Source of the DNA: a virus
Length of the DNA stretch: 64,000 nt
Virus record (IMG/VR): IMGVR_UViG_3300022885_000003
Coordinates: 1-64,000 of that record
Strand: one strand, 5' to 3'
Positions within the stretch are counted from its first letter, which is position 1, and the number at the start of each line of letters is the position of its first letter. The notes under the pieces were generated by a model. It did no database searches and was not told where the DNA came from. It saw only the letters and a program-made list of their open reading frames with translations. Below, in pieces: positions 38,701 through 47,102 of this stretch. A program made the position numbers and the translations under genes.

Positions 38701-38844
38701 CATTTCAGCTGAGCCGATAATTTCGTACTGATTAGGATAACAGTCCATGCCATATGTTCCTATAGCGATATCGGCAATCGCTTTGTCAACTTCAGCAATC
38801 TTTTCAAATGTCCAATCATTGTTTGTATATAATAACTTACTCAT
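35773..38844 (-). CDS. ycgB: SpoVR/YcgB family protein containing an intein
   Basis: GMP.MY.HWS.GK, GLAYEIVINS.P, HAGYGHN.FFKNN, YFYPQ.Q|TKVMNEGWASFWH; exteins total 506 aa. Confidence 0.93.
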   Translation of the reverse strand: MSKLLYTNNDWTFEKIAEVDKAIADIAIGTYGMDCYPNQYEIIGSAEMLDAYTSVGMPNMYHHWSYGKRFLHDEQNYKRGAMGLAYEIVINSNPTINYLMEENSMTMQTLVIAHAGYGHNNFFKNNFLFKEWTDADAIIDYVVFARRYIKQCEERYGQEKVEETLDSCHALMNHGVDRYKKPRKLSKSKELLRQQDRETYRQSQVDDLWKTLPPTKKEDQDARKKKFLSEPQENLLYFIEKNSPVLEQWQREIVRIVRKMAQYFYPQMQCLTGNHFVSNENGLIRLQDLIVTEGIAEHPGFNLLTEGNKTTAISHTYKKQADTFKITTKSGRTFTATPEHPLQVLSNNGLVCMTRLEDMSPGEYLVYKLDYDIFGHKEVEIKYPKYNLDVIECKICGLQSSSIASHIVQRHSIDIDFYKKEYGSCISDEYKLTMSKNKITKMPTHFNNDSARLFGYLSGATITDYRRTASLFKFVTDTKEIADDVVHLLNKVFGIVVKSKEYYSSYKVEFASMMLKDIWFKNISITRRHELPKFVLSLKKEYMKEYLSGFFDTRISKKSYERGNIAIAGYSDDYDDLQTLSVILTGFGIIPKVNIKERESFESIAFALNIPDCEDIKAVDYSLKIYSDFTNKFYDEIGTKRSKIKLLKGNRVIPNGKEVLIEAKAAIKKLQIAHTATDNYQKSNYAYKVKNNLLLKDTGLDCLDAFPNLSLNNVAIEQISYCLIKRLEKIKDCHPKIKEALELISNASNNYYDEIVSIEKGNIEWVYDVTVPENHLFWTDGLISHNTKVMNEGWASFWHHHLMYDLWEQDRISDGNMLEFLKSHSGVVFQPDFDSPYYQGGFNPYYLGFNIFHDIKRMCEKPTKEDEEWFPSIVGQPWLPTLNYAMENFKDESFILQYLSPHLIRKMHLFSLHDNNKRPVYDVSNIHDDYGFKRVRSILSKQYQLNRILPDIQITDFDILGDRTLYLTHYMRNEIPLNNNTDEMLKHVHTLWGFDVILESKNANTGETVETYGCLKSEQKDNS
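36487..38037 (-). mobile_element. Intein (517 aa) with degenerate LAGLIDADG-type endonuclease and C2H2 finger
   Basis: Starts CLTGN; block B TATPEHP; ends VYDVTVPENHLFWTDGLISHN with +1 Thr; internal LFGYLSG and YLSGFFD; CKIC...H....H. Confidence 0.92.
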
Positions 38845-40120
38845 CTAGTCCACCTTTCTTAAAGAGGTCACGGAAAATTGGGTATATTTCGTTTGGTGTA
38901 TCAACCTTCCTCATATGGAATCGTTCTTCCTGAATTTTCTCATAATTCTTCCAAAGTTCGGAGTCTACACCACCATTATCATAAAAGTGGGACCAATGCC
39001 CCTGGTCATGCCCTACCTCAACATATGCATAATATTGAACCTTGGGGAAAATATCATTAACCAGCATATCAATTACCTTAGTGGTATCTCCACCATAATT
39101 ATCACCATCAGATGCTTGTGCAAAATAAATGTTATAATCAGAAGTTGGATAACGATCAGTTATAATCTTATTCGCCAATTCAATAGCAGATGATACAACT
39201 GTTCCACCAGATTCCTTTGAGTAAAAGAATTCTTGTTCATCTACTTCAGCAGCAACATGATGATGTCGTATAAAGATAATATCAACTTTTTCATACTTTC
39301 TTTCAAGAAACAAATAAAGCAACATAAAGAATCTTTTTGCTAAGTCCTTTTCATATTCACCCATTGAACCCGAGACGTCCATCATACATATCATTACTGC
39401 TTGGGTAGAAGGTTCTGGCCTTTTTTCAAAATTGTTATAACGTAAATCGACATCATCAATAAAGGGTACCAGGTCCCTTTCTTTAAGTGCTAATGCAATT
39501 TCGTCATCGAATATGTCTCTTTCTTTTTTAGTTTTAGCTTTCTTTTTGTCTTCTTCAATTTTATCAATATCTTTATCGTATATAGATTGCATTGCAATTT
39601 GTCGACCAAGAGCCGCTTGCATTGATCTGACAATATTTAAATTTGCTGGATTACCAACAGCCGAATACCCTGATCGTTTTAATTTAAAGACGTCTTGATC
39701 TTTAAGTTGGGTTTTAATAAGGTCAGGGAGTTCTAGGTCTTCAAAGAAGAAATCCAAAAATTCTTCTCTAGTTAAATTAAAGGAGAATTCGTCTTCTCCA
39801 TCACCGTCAGCTGAGCCTTCGCTCCCGCCCCCACCAGAACCACCTTCTGGTTTCTTAATGGAGTCACCAACAAGTTTATCTTTGTTGCCTGGAAGAATGA
39901 AATCTCTGTTACCACCCTTGCCGTTACCAAAGGTCGGTTCCCCTATTCCTTTCTGTGGAATAGTAATTTTCTCTCCGCTGTCGATATCTTTGATATTCCG
40001 TTTCTGAACTATTTCATCTACTTGTTTTTTAATAGTTTTTCTAGCACGCTTTATAAAGCGGCGGCGGTTATCAAGGCTCTTCTTATTACTACTTTTTCTC
40101 CGGTCTACAATAGTGCTCAC
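38837..40120 (-). CDS. yeaH: YeaH/YhbH family vWA protein
   Basis: GTG start at 40120 after GGAGG; IVDRR, NRRRF, PFIDD.DLRY, MDVSGSM, ESGGT, QASDGDN. Confidence 0.93.
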   Translation of the reverse strand: MSTIVDRRKSSNKKSLDNRRRFIKRARKTIKKQVDEIVQKRNIKDIDSGEKITIPQKGIGEPTFGNGKGGNRDFILPGNKDKLVGDSIKKPEGGSGGGGSEGSADGDGEDEFSFNLTREEFLDFFFEDLELPDLIKTQLKDQDVFKLKRSGYSAVGNPANLNIVRSMQAALGRQIAMQSIYDKDIDKIEEDKKKAKTKKERDIFDDEIALALKERDLVPFIDDVDLRYNNFEKRPEPSTQAVMICMMDVSGSMGEYEKDLAKRFFMLLYLFLERKYEKVDIIFIRHHHVAAEVDEQEFFYSKESGGTVVSSAIELANKIITDRYPTSDYNIYFAQASDGDNYGGDTTKVIDMLVNDIFPKVQYYAYVEVGHDQGHWSHFYDNGGVDSELWKNYEKIQEERFHMRKVDTPNEIYPIFRDLFKKGGLDE

Positions 40121-40284
40121 TGGAAGCCTCCTTACCATTGGGGGAATAGTTATTACAATACTATTTATTATTTTGGAAAATAGTTCATTCGATTTCATGC
40201 AATTTTATTTTAATAACGCTATGTTTTTTAATAATAAATAAAAGATAACATTAAAATTATGTTATATAATACCCATTAACTCCA

Positions 40285-40316
40285 CCCCGGGCTTACTTTT
40301 GCCCGGGGTCTTTTTT
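40285..40316 (+). terminator. Intrinsic terminator on the + strand with no obvious upstream gene
   Basis: CCCCGGGC-TTACTTTT-GCCCGGGG-TCTTTTTT. Confidence 0.7.
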
Positions 40317-40339
40317 GACTTAAATTCTAATCAAATTAC

Positions 40340-40372
40340 AAAAAAGCCCCAGGATTATGTCCCAGGGCTTTT
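40340..40372 (-). terminator. Terminator downstream of prkA
   Basis: AAAAAAGCCC...GGGCTTTT. Confidence 0.7.
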
Positions 40373-40400
40373 AAGTTGTAATGTACGTATTTTATTACTT

Positions 40401-42335
40401 TTATTGCGTCTTTTGAACCCTATGGTACCAATCAACTAAAATACGTGTCTGGCGCTCGGTGTAGCCCTTTTCACCCATGCGCTTGACAAAATCGTTATGC
40501 TTCTTCTGATCATCTTCTGACCTCTTAGCTGTGAAGCTAATAACTGGTAGAATCTCTTCAGTGTTAGCAAACATCTTTTCCTCAATAACGACGCGAAGCT
40601 TCTCGTAAGAAGTCCATTTTGGATTTTCGCCTTCGTGTTTGGAACGGTGACGTAGAGCAAAATTGACAACCTCATTACGGAAATCCTTAGGATTCGCAAT
40701 GCCCGCAGGCTTTTCAATCTTCTCTAGTTCATCATTTAATGCTTCACGATTAAACATTTCCCCGGTGTCTTCGTCCTTGTAGTCTTTATCCTCAACCCAA
40801 TGATCAGCATAATCAATATACCGGTCGAATAGATTCTGTCCATATTCGGAATATGACTCCAAGTATGCAACCTGCAACTCTTTTCCGATATGTTCTGCAA
40901 ATTTTGGCTTAATGTATTCATTAAGGAAAGTGAGGTACTTTTCTTCTCGCTCCTTACCCATCTGTTCTTTGATAATGGCTTCTTCTAGGACACGAAGTAG
41001 ATGAACTGGATTAGCACCAACCTCTTCTGGGTCATAGTTGAATACCTTTGAAAGAACTTTATAAGCAAAACGAGTACTTAGGCCGTGCATACCTTCATCA
41101 ACACCCGCATAGTCCTTATATTCATGCAAGCTTTTTGCACTTGGATCGTCGTCTTTGAGGTTTACACCATCATAAATACGCATCTTTGACCAAATGTTTG
41201 AGTTTTCTGGGTCAACGAGACGACTTAACACTGCAACCTGGGCCATCATTTCAAATGTTTGTGGAGTACATGGCGCCGCCGATAGACTTGATCCTGCAAC
41301 CAACTTCCTATAAATGTCAATTTCTTCTGTGACACGTAAGCAATATGGTACCTTAACAATGTAAATTCTGTCTAGGAATGCTTCATTGTTCTTGTTACCA
41401 CGGAATGTTGACCATTCGCTTTCGTTGGAGTGGGCTAGAATACCACCATTGAATGGTATTGCACCAATATTTTCTGTACCCACATAGTTTCCTTCCTGCG
41501 TAGCAGTTAGTAATGGGTGAAGAACCTTAATTGGCGCCTTGAACATTTCAACGAATTCCATAATACCCTGGTTGGCACGACATAGTGAACCATCCCATGA
41601 ATAACAATCTGGATCGTTTTGGCTATGATCACGTAGCTTACGAATGTCGACCTTACCAACTAGTGCCGAAATATCCTGGTTATTTTCATCGCCTGGTTCT
41701 GTCTTTGCAATAGCAACCTGGTTCAAACGGTTTGGTTTTACTCGAACAACACTAAACTGTTCAATATCACCATCAAATTCCTTTAGACGCTTTGATGCCC
41801 ATGGGCTCATTACCATATTTAGATAACGACGGGGAATTTTATATTCCTTTTCAAGGTCATCTGCATATTCATCTACGTCGAATAATCCAAGTGGTGATTC
41901 AAAACATGGGCTAATGTCATCGCCTGCTTTAAGAACGTAAATTGGATATTGTTCCATCAACTTCTTCAAATGCTCAGCGAGACTGGATTTACCACCACCA
42001 ACTGGTCCTAGAAGGTACAATACCTGTTTCTTTTCTTCCAAGCCCTGTGCAGAATGCTTATAATAACCAACAATCTGCTCAATTGTATCTTCCATACCAT
42101 AAAAGCCTTCAAATGACTTATATCGTTTGATTGTTCGGTTTGAGAAAATACGGCTAAGTCGATTATCAGATGACGTATCAACATATTCTGGTTCACCAAT
42201 TGCTGCCAACATGCGTTCAGCAGATGTAGCATATGTTGTTGGATCTTTTTTACAAAGAGCCAAATATTCACCTATTGACAATTCTTCGGCCGCGTTATTA
42301 TCATGATGTGATTTGTATTTTTTGAATATACTCAT
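40401..42335 (-). CDS. yeaG: PrkA/YeaG serine protein kinase (AAA+)
   Basis: LLGPVGGGKSS, EPGDENNQDIS.LVG, EFVEMFKAPIKVLHPLL, NEAFLDR; 644 aa; TATAAATA at 42388-42395 (-). Confidence 0.96.
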   Translation of the reverse strand: MSIFKKYKSHHDNNAAEELSIGEYLALCKKDPTTYATSAERMLAAIGEPEYVDTSSDNRLSRIFSNRTIKRYKSFEGFYGMEDTIEQIVGYYKHSAQGLEEKKQVLYLLGPVGGGKSSLAEHLKKLMEQYPIYVLKAGDDISPCFESPLGLFDVDEYADDLEKEYKIPRRYLNMVMSPWASKRLKEFDGDIEQFSVVRVKPNRLNQVAIAKTEPGDENNQDISALVGKVDIRKLRDHSQNDPDCYSWDGSLCRANQGIMEFVEMFKAPIKVLHPLLTATQEGNYVGTENIGAIPFNGGILAHSNESEWSTFRGNKNNEAFLDRIYIVKVPYCLRVTEEIDIYRKLVAGSSLSAAPCTPQTFEMMAQVAVLSRLVDPENSNIWSKMRIYDGVNLKDDDPSAKSLHEYKDYAGVDEGMHGLSTRFAYKVLSKVFNYDPEEVGANPVHLLRVLEEAIIKEQMGKEREEKYLTFLNEYIKPKFAEHIGKELQVAYLESYSEYGQNLFDRYIDYADHWVEDKDYKDEDTGEMFNREALNDELEKIEKPAGIANPKDFRNEVVNFALRHRSKHEGENPKWTSYEKLRVVIEEKMFANTEEILPVISFTAKRSEDDQKKHNDFVKRMGEKGYTERQTRILVDWYHRVQKTQ

Positions 42336-42493
42336 TTTTGTTCCTTTGCGGGTTTCTTATTGACTAACTAATTAACTTGTATGTTTATATTTATACTGCA
42401 AATTTTGGTAAACCGCCCAAAACCCACGGAAATATATTATTTTTTTAAAATTTTAAGGTTGATAATGTGTTAATTGTATAATATAATGCATGT

Positions 42494-42952
42494 ATGATAG
42501 AAAAACACCTTTTGTTATCAAGCATGAATCACAAAGATCGACGGTTTATGAAGTTTATAGACAATGAAGCTCGCAACGTTGAGCCGATGTTTAGAACTCG
42601 ACTAACTGCTTTGGTGGTGATAAAGAATCAAATAATCAGTGTTGGTTATAATCAAGAAAAAACCGACCCATTTGTTCTCGATTACCAAAAACATGAACAG
42701 ATGGAGTTTTTGCACGCAGAAACGCACGCTATCAAGAAAGCGTTAAGGGTTTTGAAAGATGAAAAGGATCTCCGAAAATCTACACTATATGTTTGTCGTA
42801 TTAAATGCAACCATGATAACCATGATCAATTAGTTCGGGGATTGGCTAAACCATGTACGGGTTGTCAAATGGCTATTGATAATTATGGGATTCGCCGTGT
42901 TGTGTATACTATGAATGACACATATAATTGTGGTGAAATGTTGAGAGCATAA
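42494..42952 (+). CDS. Cytidine/dCMP deaminase-like Zn protein
   Basis: GYN, LHAE, AKPCTGC, GIRRVVY. Confidence 0.85.
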   Translation: MIEKHLLLSSMNHKDRRFMKFIDNEARNVEPMFRTRLTALVVIKNQIISVGYNQEKTDPFVLDYQKHEQMEFLHAETHAIKKALRVLKDEKDLRKSTLYVCRIKCNHDNHDQLVRGLAKPCTGCQMAIDNYGIRRVVYTMNDTYNCGEMLRA

Positions 42953-43497
42953 TGTCTGGACAAGTTATGAGTGGATCAAATATAGAACTAGTTGAAAATT
43001 CGTTAATGCATGAATTAATACAAGAATTACGAAAAAATACCAGTGTTATCCCTAAAGAACAAAGGTGGTCTATCCCACGAAACGAATTCAGTGTTTTCAA
43101 AGATGGCAACTTTGTTATAAATCCAAACAATAAAGAAGAAGTTAAGGGGTATTTTCAAAATTCAGAGGGTATTTTTGTCCCCGATCATGATTGGGATTAT
43201 CCCTTAATAATCAAACCAGCTGATACTGTTAGTAGAATTTTATCAACATATAAGATTGTTTTAATATCTCATGAGTGCAATCGTTGGTTCCTTAATCGAC
43301 AGATAGGAATATACCAGAGACGTATTGAATGGAGTTACCCATTTCAAGTAACTCTCCAAGAATGCCCGATTGAAGTATATAAATGGTGTGATGAAAACTG
43401 CACAAAGGCATGGAACGGTCATCACCAGGACGACCCAATTATTTTTTCTTTTAACAATGAAGATGACGCAATATTATTCAAATTGACATGGGTATAA
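42952..43497 (+). CDS. Hypothetical protein, DA.LFKL.W family
   Basis: KWCDENC...W...FSFNNEDDAILFKLTW. Confidence 0.75.
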   Translation: MSGQVMSGSNIELVENSLMHELIQELRKNTSVIPKEQRWSIPRNEFSVFKDGNFVINPNNKEEVKGYFQNSEGIFVPDHDWDYPLIIKPADTVSRILSTYKIVLISHECNRWFLNRQIGIYQRRIEWSYPFQVTLQECPIEVYKWCDENCTKAWNGHHQDDPIIFSFNNEDDAILFKLTWV

Positions 43498-43550
43498 GAG
43501 TTGACTTTTCCTACAAAATGTTATAATATTTTAGTAACTGGAGAATAGTT

Positions 43551-43907
43551 ATGGAACGTGAAGAATTTGATAAGATTGTCGATGAATTTACCTGCCGGGG
43601 AGAGTTTGAACTTGAATGGTGTATTGGTGGACAAGAAGGCGGTAGTTGCTGGAATGATGGCGGCGATGACGAGTCAAGACATTATCCCGTTTCAGCTGAC
43701 CCTGAGCCCGAATTTTCTGATCTCGATTCGGCATTGCTCGAAATTGTACCAAACCTCAGTTTCTTGATGTATAAGAAGCTAATGTCGAAGGTTGATGTGA
43801 GTGAACGTACCAGCAATGATTATTACGACAACTACACGAGATATGCTGTTAAAAAAATAGCCGCCGATGAACTTTGGTTATTTCTTGTGGAGCATAACCT
43901 TGTATAA
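43551..43907 (+). CDS. Hypothetical phage protein
   Basis: W..GG..GGSCW motif; promoter at 43501; GGAG RBS. Confidence 0.75.
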   Translation: MEREEFDKIVDEFTCRGEFELEWCIGGQEGGSCWNDGGDDESRHYPVSADPEPEFSDLDSALLEIVPNLSFLMYKKLMSKVDVSERTSNDYYDNYTRYAVKKIAADELWLFLVEHNLV

Positions 43908-44280
43908 AATTACTTTAATTACGGGTCTTCCTGGATCAGGTAAGACGTTTCTTGCAACAAAAATGGCTATCGAGAACGACGCAATCGTCATTGACGACAT
44001 ACGTGAAACCGGAGAACTTCCGAAAACAAATTGCGATTGCAATATCGTCATCACTGACATCAATTTATGTGATAGTCGCATTTTGGATATGTGTATTGAT
44101 CAACTAACGATTCGTTATCCCATGCATGTTCTTAACGTAATCTATTTCGAAAACGATCCCGATGCTTGCCGAGCCAACGTCGTACGAAGGAATGATGGCC
44201 GGGACGTTGAAGGATCAATTCGACGGTTTACTGCGGTTTATAACCCACCAGTTGATGCCTTATCGGTATACAAGAGATAA
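43900..44280 (+). CDS. Small P-loop kinase-like protein
   Basis: TTG start after GGAG; GLPGSGKT, IDD, C..N..RR. Confidence 0.75.
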   Translation: MYKITLITGLPGSGKTFLATKMAIENDAIVIDDIRETGELPKTNCDCNIVITDINLCDSRILDMCIDQLTIRYPMHVLNVIYFENDPDACRANVVRRNDGRDVEGSIRRFTAVYNPPVDALSVYKR

Positions 44281-44282
44281 TT

Positions 44283-45053
44283 ATGTCAAAAGACATTACA
44301 ACAATACCATTGATGGCACCCGTTATTGATTGCAGTAATTTAGTAATATATCCACGTAGACGAAAAAATAAAGATACACCATTTTGCCCGGATTCGGAAA
44401 AATTAATCAAAGTTGTACGAAGAATTAATTATGGTGTTAATTATGCCCGCGGCGGGAAACGAATTTACTTAAAATTCCTTCGAGGAAAATATCAGGGTTC
44501 GATTGTTTATATTTCAGATATAATTAAATATGATAACCGTAATGTTTCAAAATCATACATCAAATCGCCAAGATATTTCTTTTCATTAACAGTTCGTTAC
44601 GCATGGGATGATAAGAAAGGAAAGAAAGTAGAATTACTCAAAGGTATAAACACACCATTAGTTGAATGGTTAGTTAATTATGATGGTCCAACAGTATATA
44701 AGGAATTTGATACCAAATCCTCTGTGGATGAAATTTTAGCTAAAAATCCATTGTTTGACGTAAGAGGCAAACCAATTGAAATTGGTAATAAGGTTATGTT
44801 TATCAATTCGAGATTCAACAAAGCCGCTTCATTGGATTACGGTGTGATCAAAGAGATTAAGGTTAAAATAGATATCAATGATTTCCATGTTGATAGCGAT
44901 AAAAATGAAATAATTGTGATTATTGAAAGCGTAAGAACAGATAAAAATAACAAGCCATTTCTTTCCAATATTAAAGCATATTCGTCGATGATAATTTGTA
45001 TCGACGATACTGATTTAGTAAACGATATGTTAATGGCGAAATTGGAAGGATGA
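44283..45053 (+). CDS. Hypothetical protein, paralog of 45061
   Basis: YPR.......P, IY..F..G...GSI, YDGPT, D.RG..I...KV.FINSR, ends MLMAKLEG. Confidence 0.8.
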   Translation: MSKDITTIPLMAPVIDCSNLVIYPRRRKNKDTPFCPDSEKLIKVVRRINYGVNYARGGKRIYLKFLRGKYQGSIVYISDIIKYDNRNVSKSYIKSPRYFFSLTVRYAWDDKKGKKVELLKGINTPLVEWLVNYDGPTVYKEFDTKSSVDEILAKNPLFDVRGKPIEIGNKVMFINSRFNKAASLDYGVIKEIKVKIDINDFHVDSDKNEIIVIIESVRTDKNNKPFLSNIKAYSSMIICIDDTDLVNDMLMAKLEG

Positions 45054-45060
45054 TAATATA

Positions 45061-45828
45061 ATGGAAGAATTTGAAGGAACACAATTATTAAAGCCAGCAG
45101 ATCCCGGATCAAAATTTGTTTATCCCAGAAAAGACGGATCGGCATATTATCAACCCTGTGAAGATTTATCTAACACGATTAAACGAATCGTTGCGGATGT
45201 TGATTTGAAGAAGAAAATATATGTCCGATTTATTGCCGGTGAGCGTGAAGGATCAATCGCCTTCATTAAGAAAATACTTGACCATGGGTGCAGAAAGTCA
45301 ATGCGATCTGGTTTATTTTCAACTGATCGAGAAATCTGGCCAGAATATTCATTTACGCTTGATGCCCAACTCGGATGGGATGATAGGAAGAACGTTGCAA
45401 AGGTTAAATTCTTCGATCATTATGCATCCTATCAATTGGAATTATTATTAGATTATAATGGACCAACAGTTTGGAAGAATAGTGATCTAAAAAACGAAGC
45501 AGCAATAGCTCTAAAAAATGATCCCCCCGCTGATATGCGTGGAAGAATTATCAAAGAAAATGACAAAGTTGTTTTCATTAATTCTCGCTATGGTTCCGGT
45601 GCTGAATTAGATTATGGTGTTGTTAATGAAATCAAATCTAAAGCGTCATTTAATTACAAACGCGAATGTCAAATTGATATAACTGTTATTGTCCATAGTT
45701 TACAGCACACCGATCGAAGCGGTGATAATGACATGGTTTCAAAACTTAAACATCCTTCTCGATCCGTTTTAGTTGTTAACGATAACGATATCGTTGAAGA
45801 TATGCTATTGGCAAAGCTTGGCAATTAA
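45061..45828 (+). CDS. Hypothetical protein, paralog of 44283
   Basis: Same motifs; ends MLLAKLGN. Confidence 0.8.
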   Translation: MEEFEGTQLLKPADPGSKFVYPRKDGSAYYQPCEDLSNTIKRIVADVDLKKKIYVRFIAGEREGSIAFIKKILDHGCRKSMRSGLFSTDREIWPEYSFTLDAQLGWDDRKNVAKVKFFDHYASYQLELLLDYNGPTVWKNSDLKNEAAIALKNDPPADMRGRIIKENDKVVFINSRYGSGAELDYGVVNEIKSKASFNYKRECQIDITVIVHSLQHTDRSGDNDMVSKLKHPSRSVLVVNDNDIVEDMLLAKLGN

Positions 45829-45860
45829 TTAATTTAATTAAACAATTGTGGTGAGACAGA

Positions 45861-46721
45861 ATGACCAGATCATATCGCATTTATACGAAAGAGGGTGTTT
45901 TTCATTTAACTGCAATTGAATTCGATTGTTTTGACAAGAATAAATTCCATAGAGATGACGGCCCAGCTCTTATAGTTCCAGAAGGAACCAAGTATTGGTT
46001 TTTGCATGGAAAACGGCATCGAATTGATGGACCAGCGATTGAATATACGGATGGGACAAATGAGTGGTTTTTGCATGGAAAACGGCATCGAATTGATGGA
46101 CCAGCAATCGAATCATATGGCGACAAGTATTGGTATCTACATGGCTTACGTCATAGAACAGACGGACCAGCGATTGAATATACGGATGGGACAAATGAGT
46201 GGTATTTGAATGGAAAACAGCATCGAATTGATGGACCAGCGATTGAATATACGGATGGGACAAATGAGTGGTATTTGAATGGAAAACAGCATCGAATTGA
46301 TGGTCCAGCGATTGAATATACGGATGGGTCAAATGAGTGGTTGTTGCATGGAAAACGGCATCGAATTGATGGACCAGCGATTGAATATACGGATGGGTCA
46401 AATGAGTGGTATTTGAATGGAAAACAGCATCGAATTGATGGACCAGCGATTGAATATACGGATGGGTCAAATGAGTGGTTTTTGCATGGAAAACGGCATC
46501 GAATTGATGGACCAGCGATTGAATATACGGATGGAACTAAGGCATGGTATATAAATGGAAAACGGCATCGAATTGATGGACCAGCGATTGAATATACGGA
46601 TGGAACTAAGGCATGGTATATAAATGGGAATGATATACCTACGAGCTGGTTTAAAGAAAATGATATCGACCCATATAATACGACAAAACAGGATTTGGTT
46701 TTAATTAGATTGGTTTGGTGA
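45861..46721 (+). CDS. HRxDGPA beta-hairpin (MORN/YwqK-like) repeat protein
   Basis: 10 copies of an about 23-aa HRIDGPAIEYTDGxxEWxLxGKx unit; ends DLVLIRLVW. Confidence 0.85.
   Translation: MTRSYRIYTKEGVFHLTAIEFDCFDKNKFHRDDGPALIVPEGTKYWFLHGKRHRIDGPAIEYTDGTNEWFLHGKRHRIDGPAIESYGDKYWYLHGLRHRTDGPAIEYTDGTNEWYLNGKQHRIDGPAIEYTDGTNEWYLNGKQHRIDGPAIEYTDGSNEWLLHGKRHRIDGPAIEYTDGSNEWYLNGKQHRIDGPAIEYTDGSNEWFLHGKRHRIDGPAIEYTDGTKAWYINGKRHRIDGPAIEYTDGTKAWYINGNDIPTSWFKENDIDPYNTTKQDLVLIRLVW
45948..46630 (+). repeat. 69-bp coding tandem repeat, about 10 copies
   Basis: CATCGAATTGATGGACCAGCGATTGAATATACGGATGG recurs at 69-nt spacing (one unit is 66 nt). Confidence 0.9.
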
Positions 46722-46747
46722 GACAGTTTATAATTATAATGGAAAGA

Positions 46748-46806
46748 TTGACAATCTCTAATTTAATGCTATAATTATGACATAAGTAAACAACAGGAGA
46801 TCGAAC
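46748..46806 (+). promoter_or_regulatory. Early promoter plus AGGAGATCGAA leader cassette
   Basis: TTGACAATCTCTAATTTAATGCTATAAT...CAGGAGATCGAAC-ATG. Confidence 0.8.
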
Positions 46807-47043
46807 ATGAGTAACGATTATGTAAGTTTCGGTGATATTGCTCGAATTCGCCTCGGTCAACAGTGTCAGTATGCATCCCGGTATATCGATGGCGAGATTG
46901 AAGGCTATCCCAATCTCGGTGAAGGTCTTCGGTTTACGGGCTTTGACCACCTCGGCCGTATCAACAATTATCACGCTATGGAAATTCATAAGGATGATGT
47001 TGAAGAATTTGTTCGTCGTCACACTGAATATGTTAATCGATAA
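46807..47043 (+). CDS. Early hypothetical protein
   Basis: Strong promoter and RBS. Confidence 0.8.
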   Translation: MSNDYVSFGDIARIRLGQQCQYASRYIDGEIEGYPNLGEGLRFTGFDHLGRINNYHAMEIHKDDVEEFVRRHTEYVNR

Positions 47044-47045
47044 GG

Positions 47046-47102
47046 TTGACAATCTCCAATTTCATGCTATAATATAGCATGACAACGAAGAAGGAGATCG
47101 AA
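47046..47102 (+). promoter_or_regulatory. Early promoter plus AGGAGATCGAA leader cassette
   Basis: TTGACAATCTCCAATTTCATGCTATAAT...AAGGAGATCGAA-ATG. Confidence 0.8.

Noticed and set aside
40121-40198. N-terminal extension of YeaH (MKSNELFSK, superficially leader-like)
   Set aside because: GTG at 40120 has a GGAGG RBS and matches the family start; the extension spans the TAAATA promoter
45948-46630. CRISPR array or DGR template/variable repeat
   Set aside because: The units are in-frame coding repeats with no unique spacers or adenine-specific pattern, and there is no cas or reverse transcriptase gene in the window
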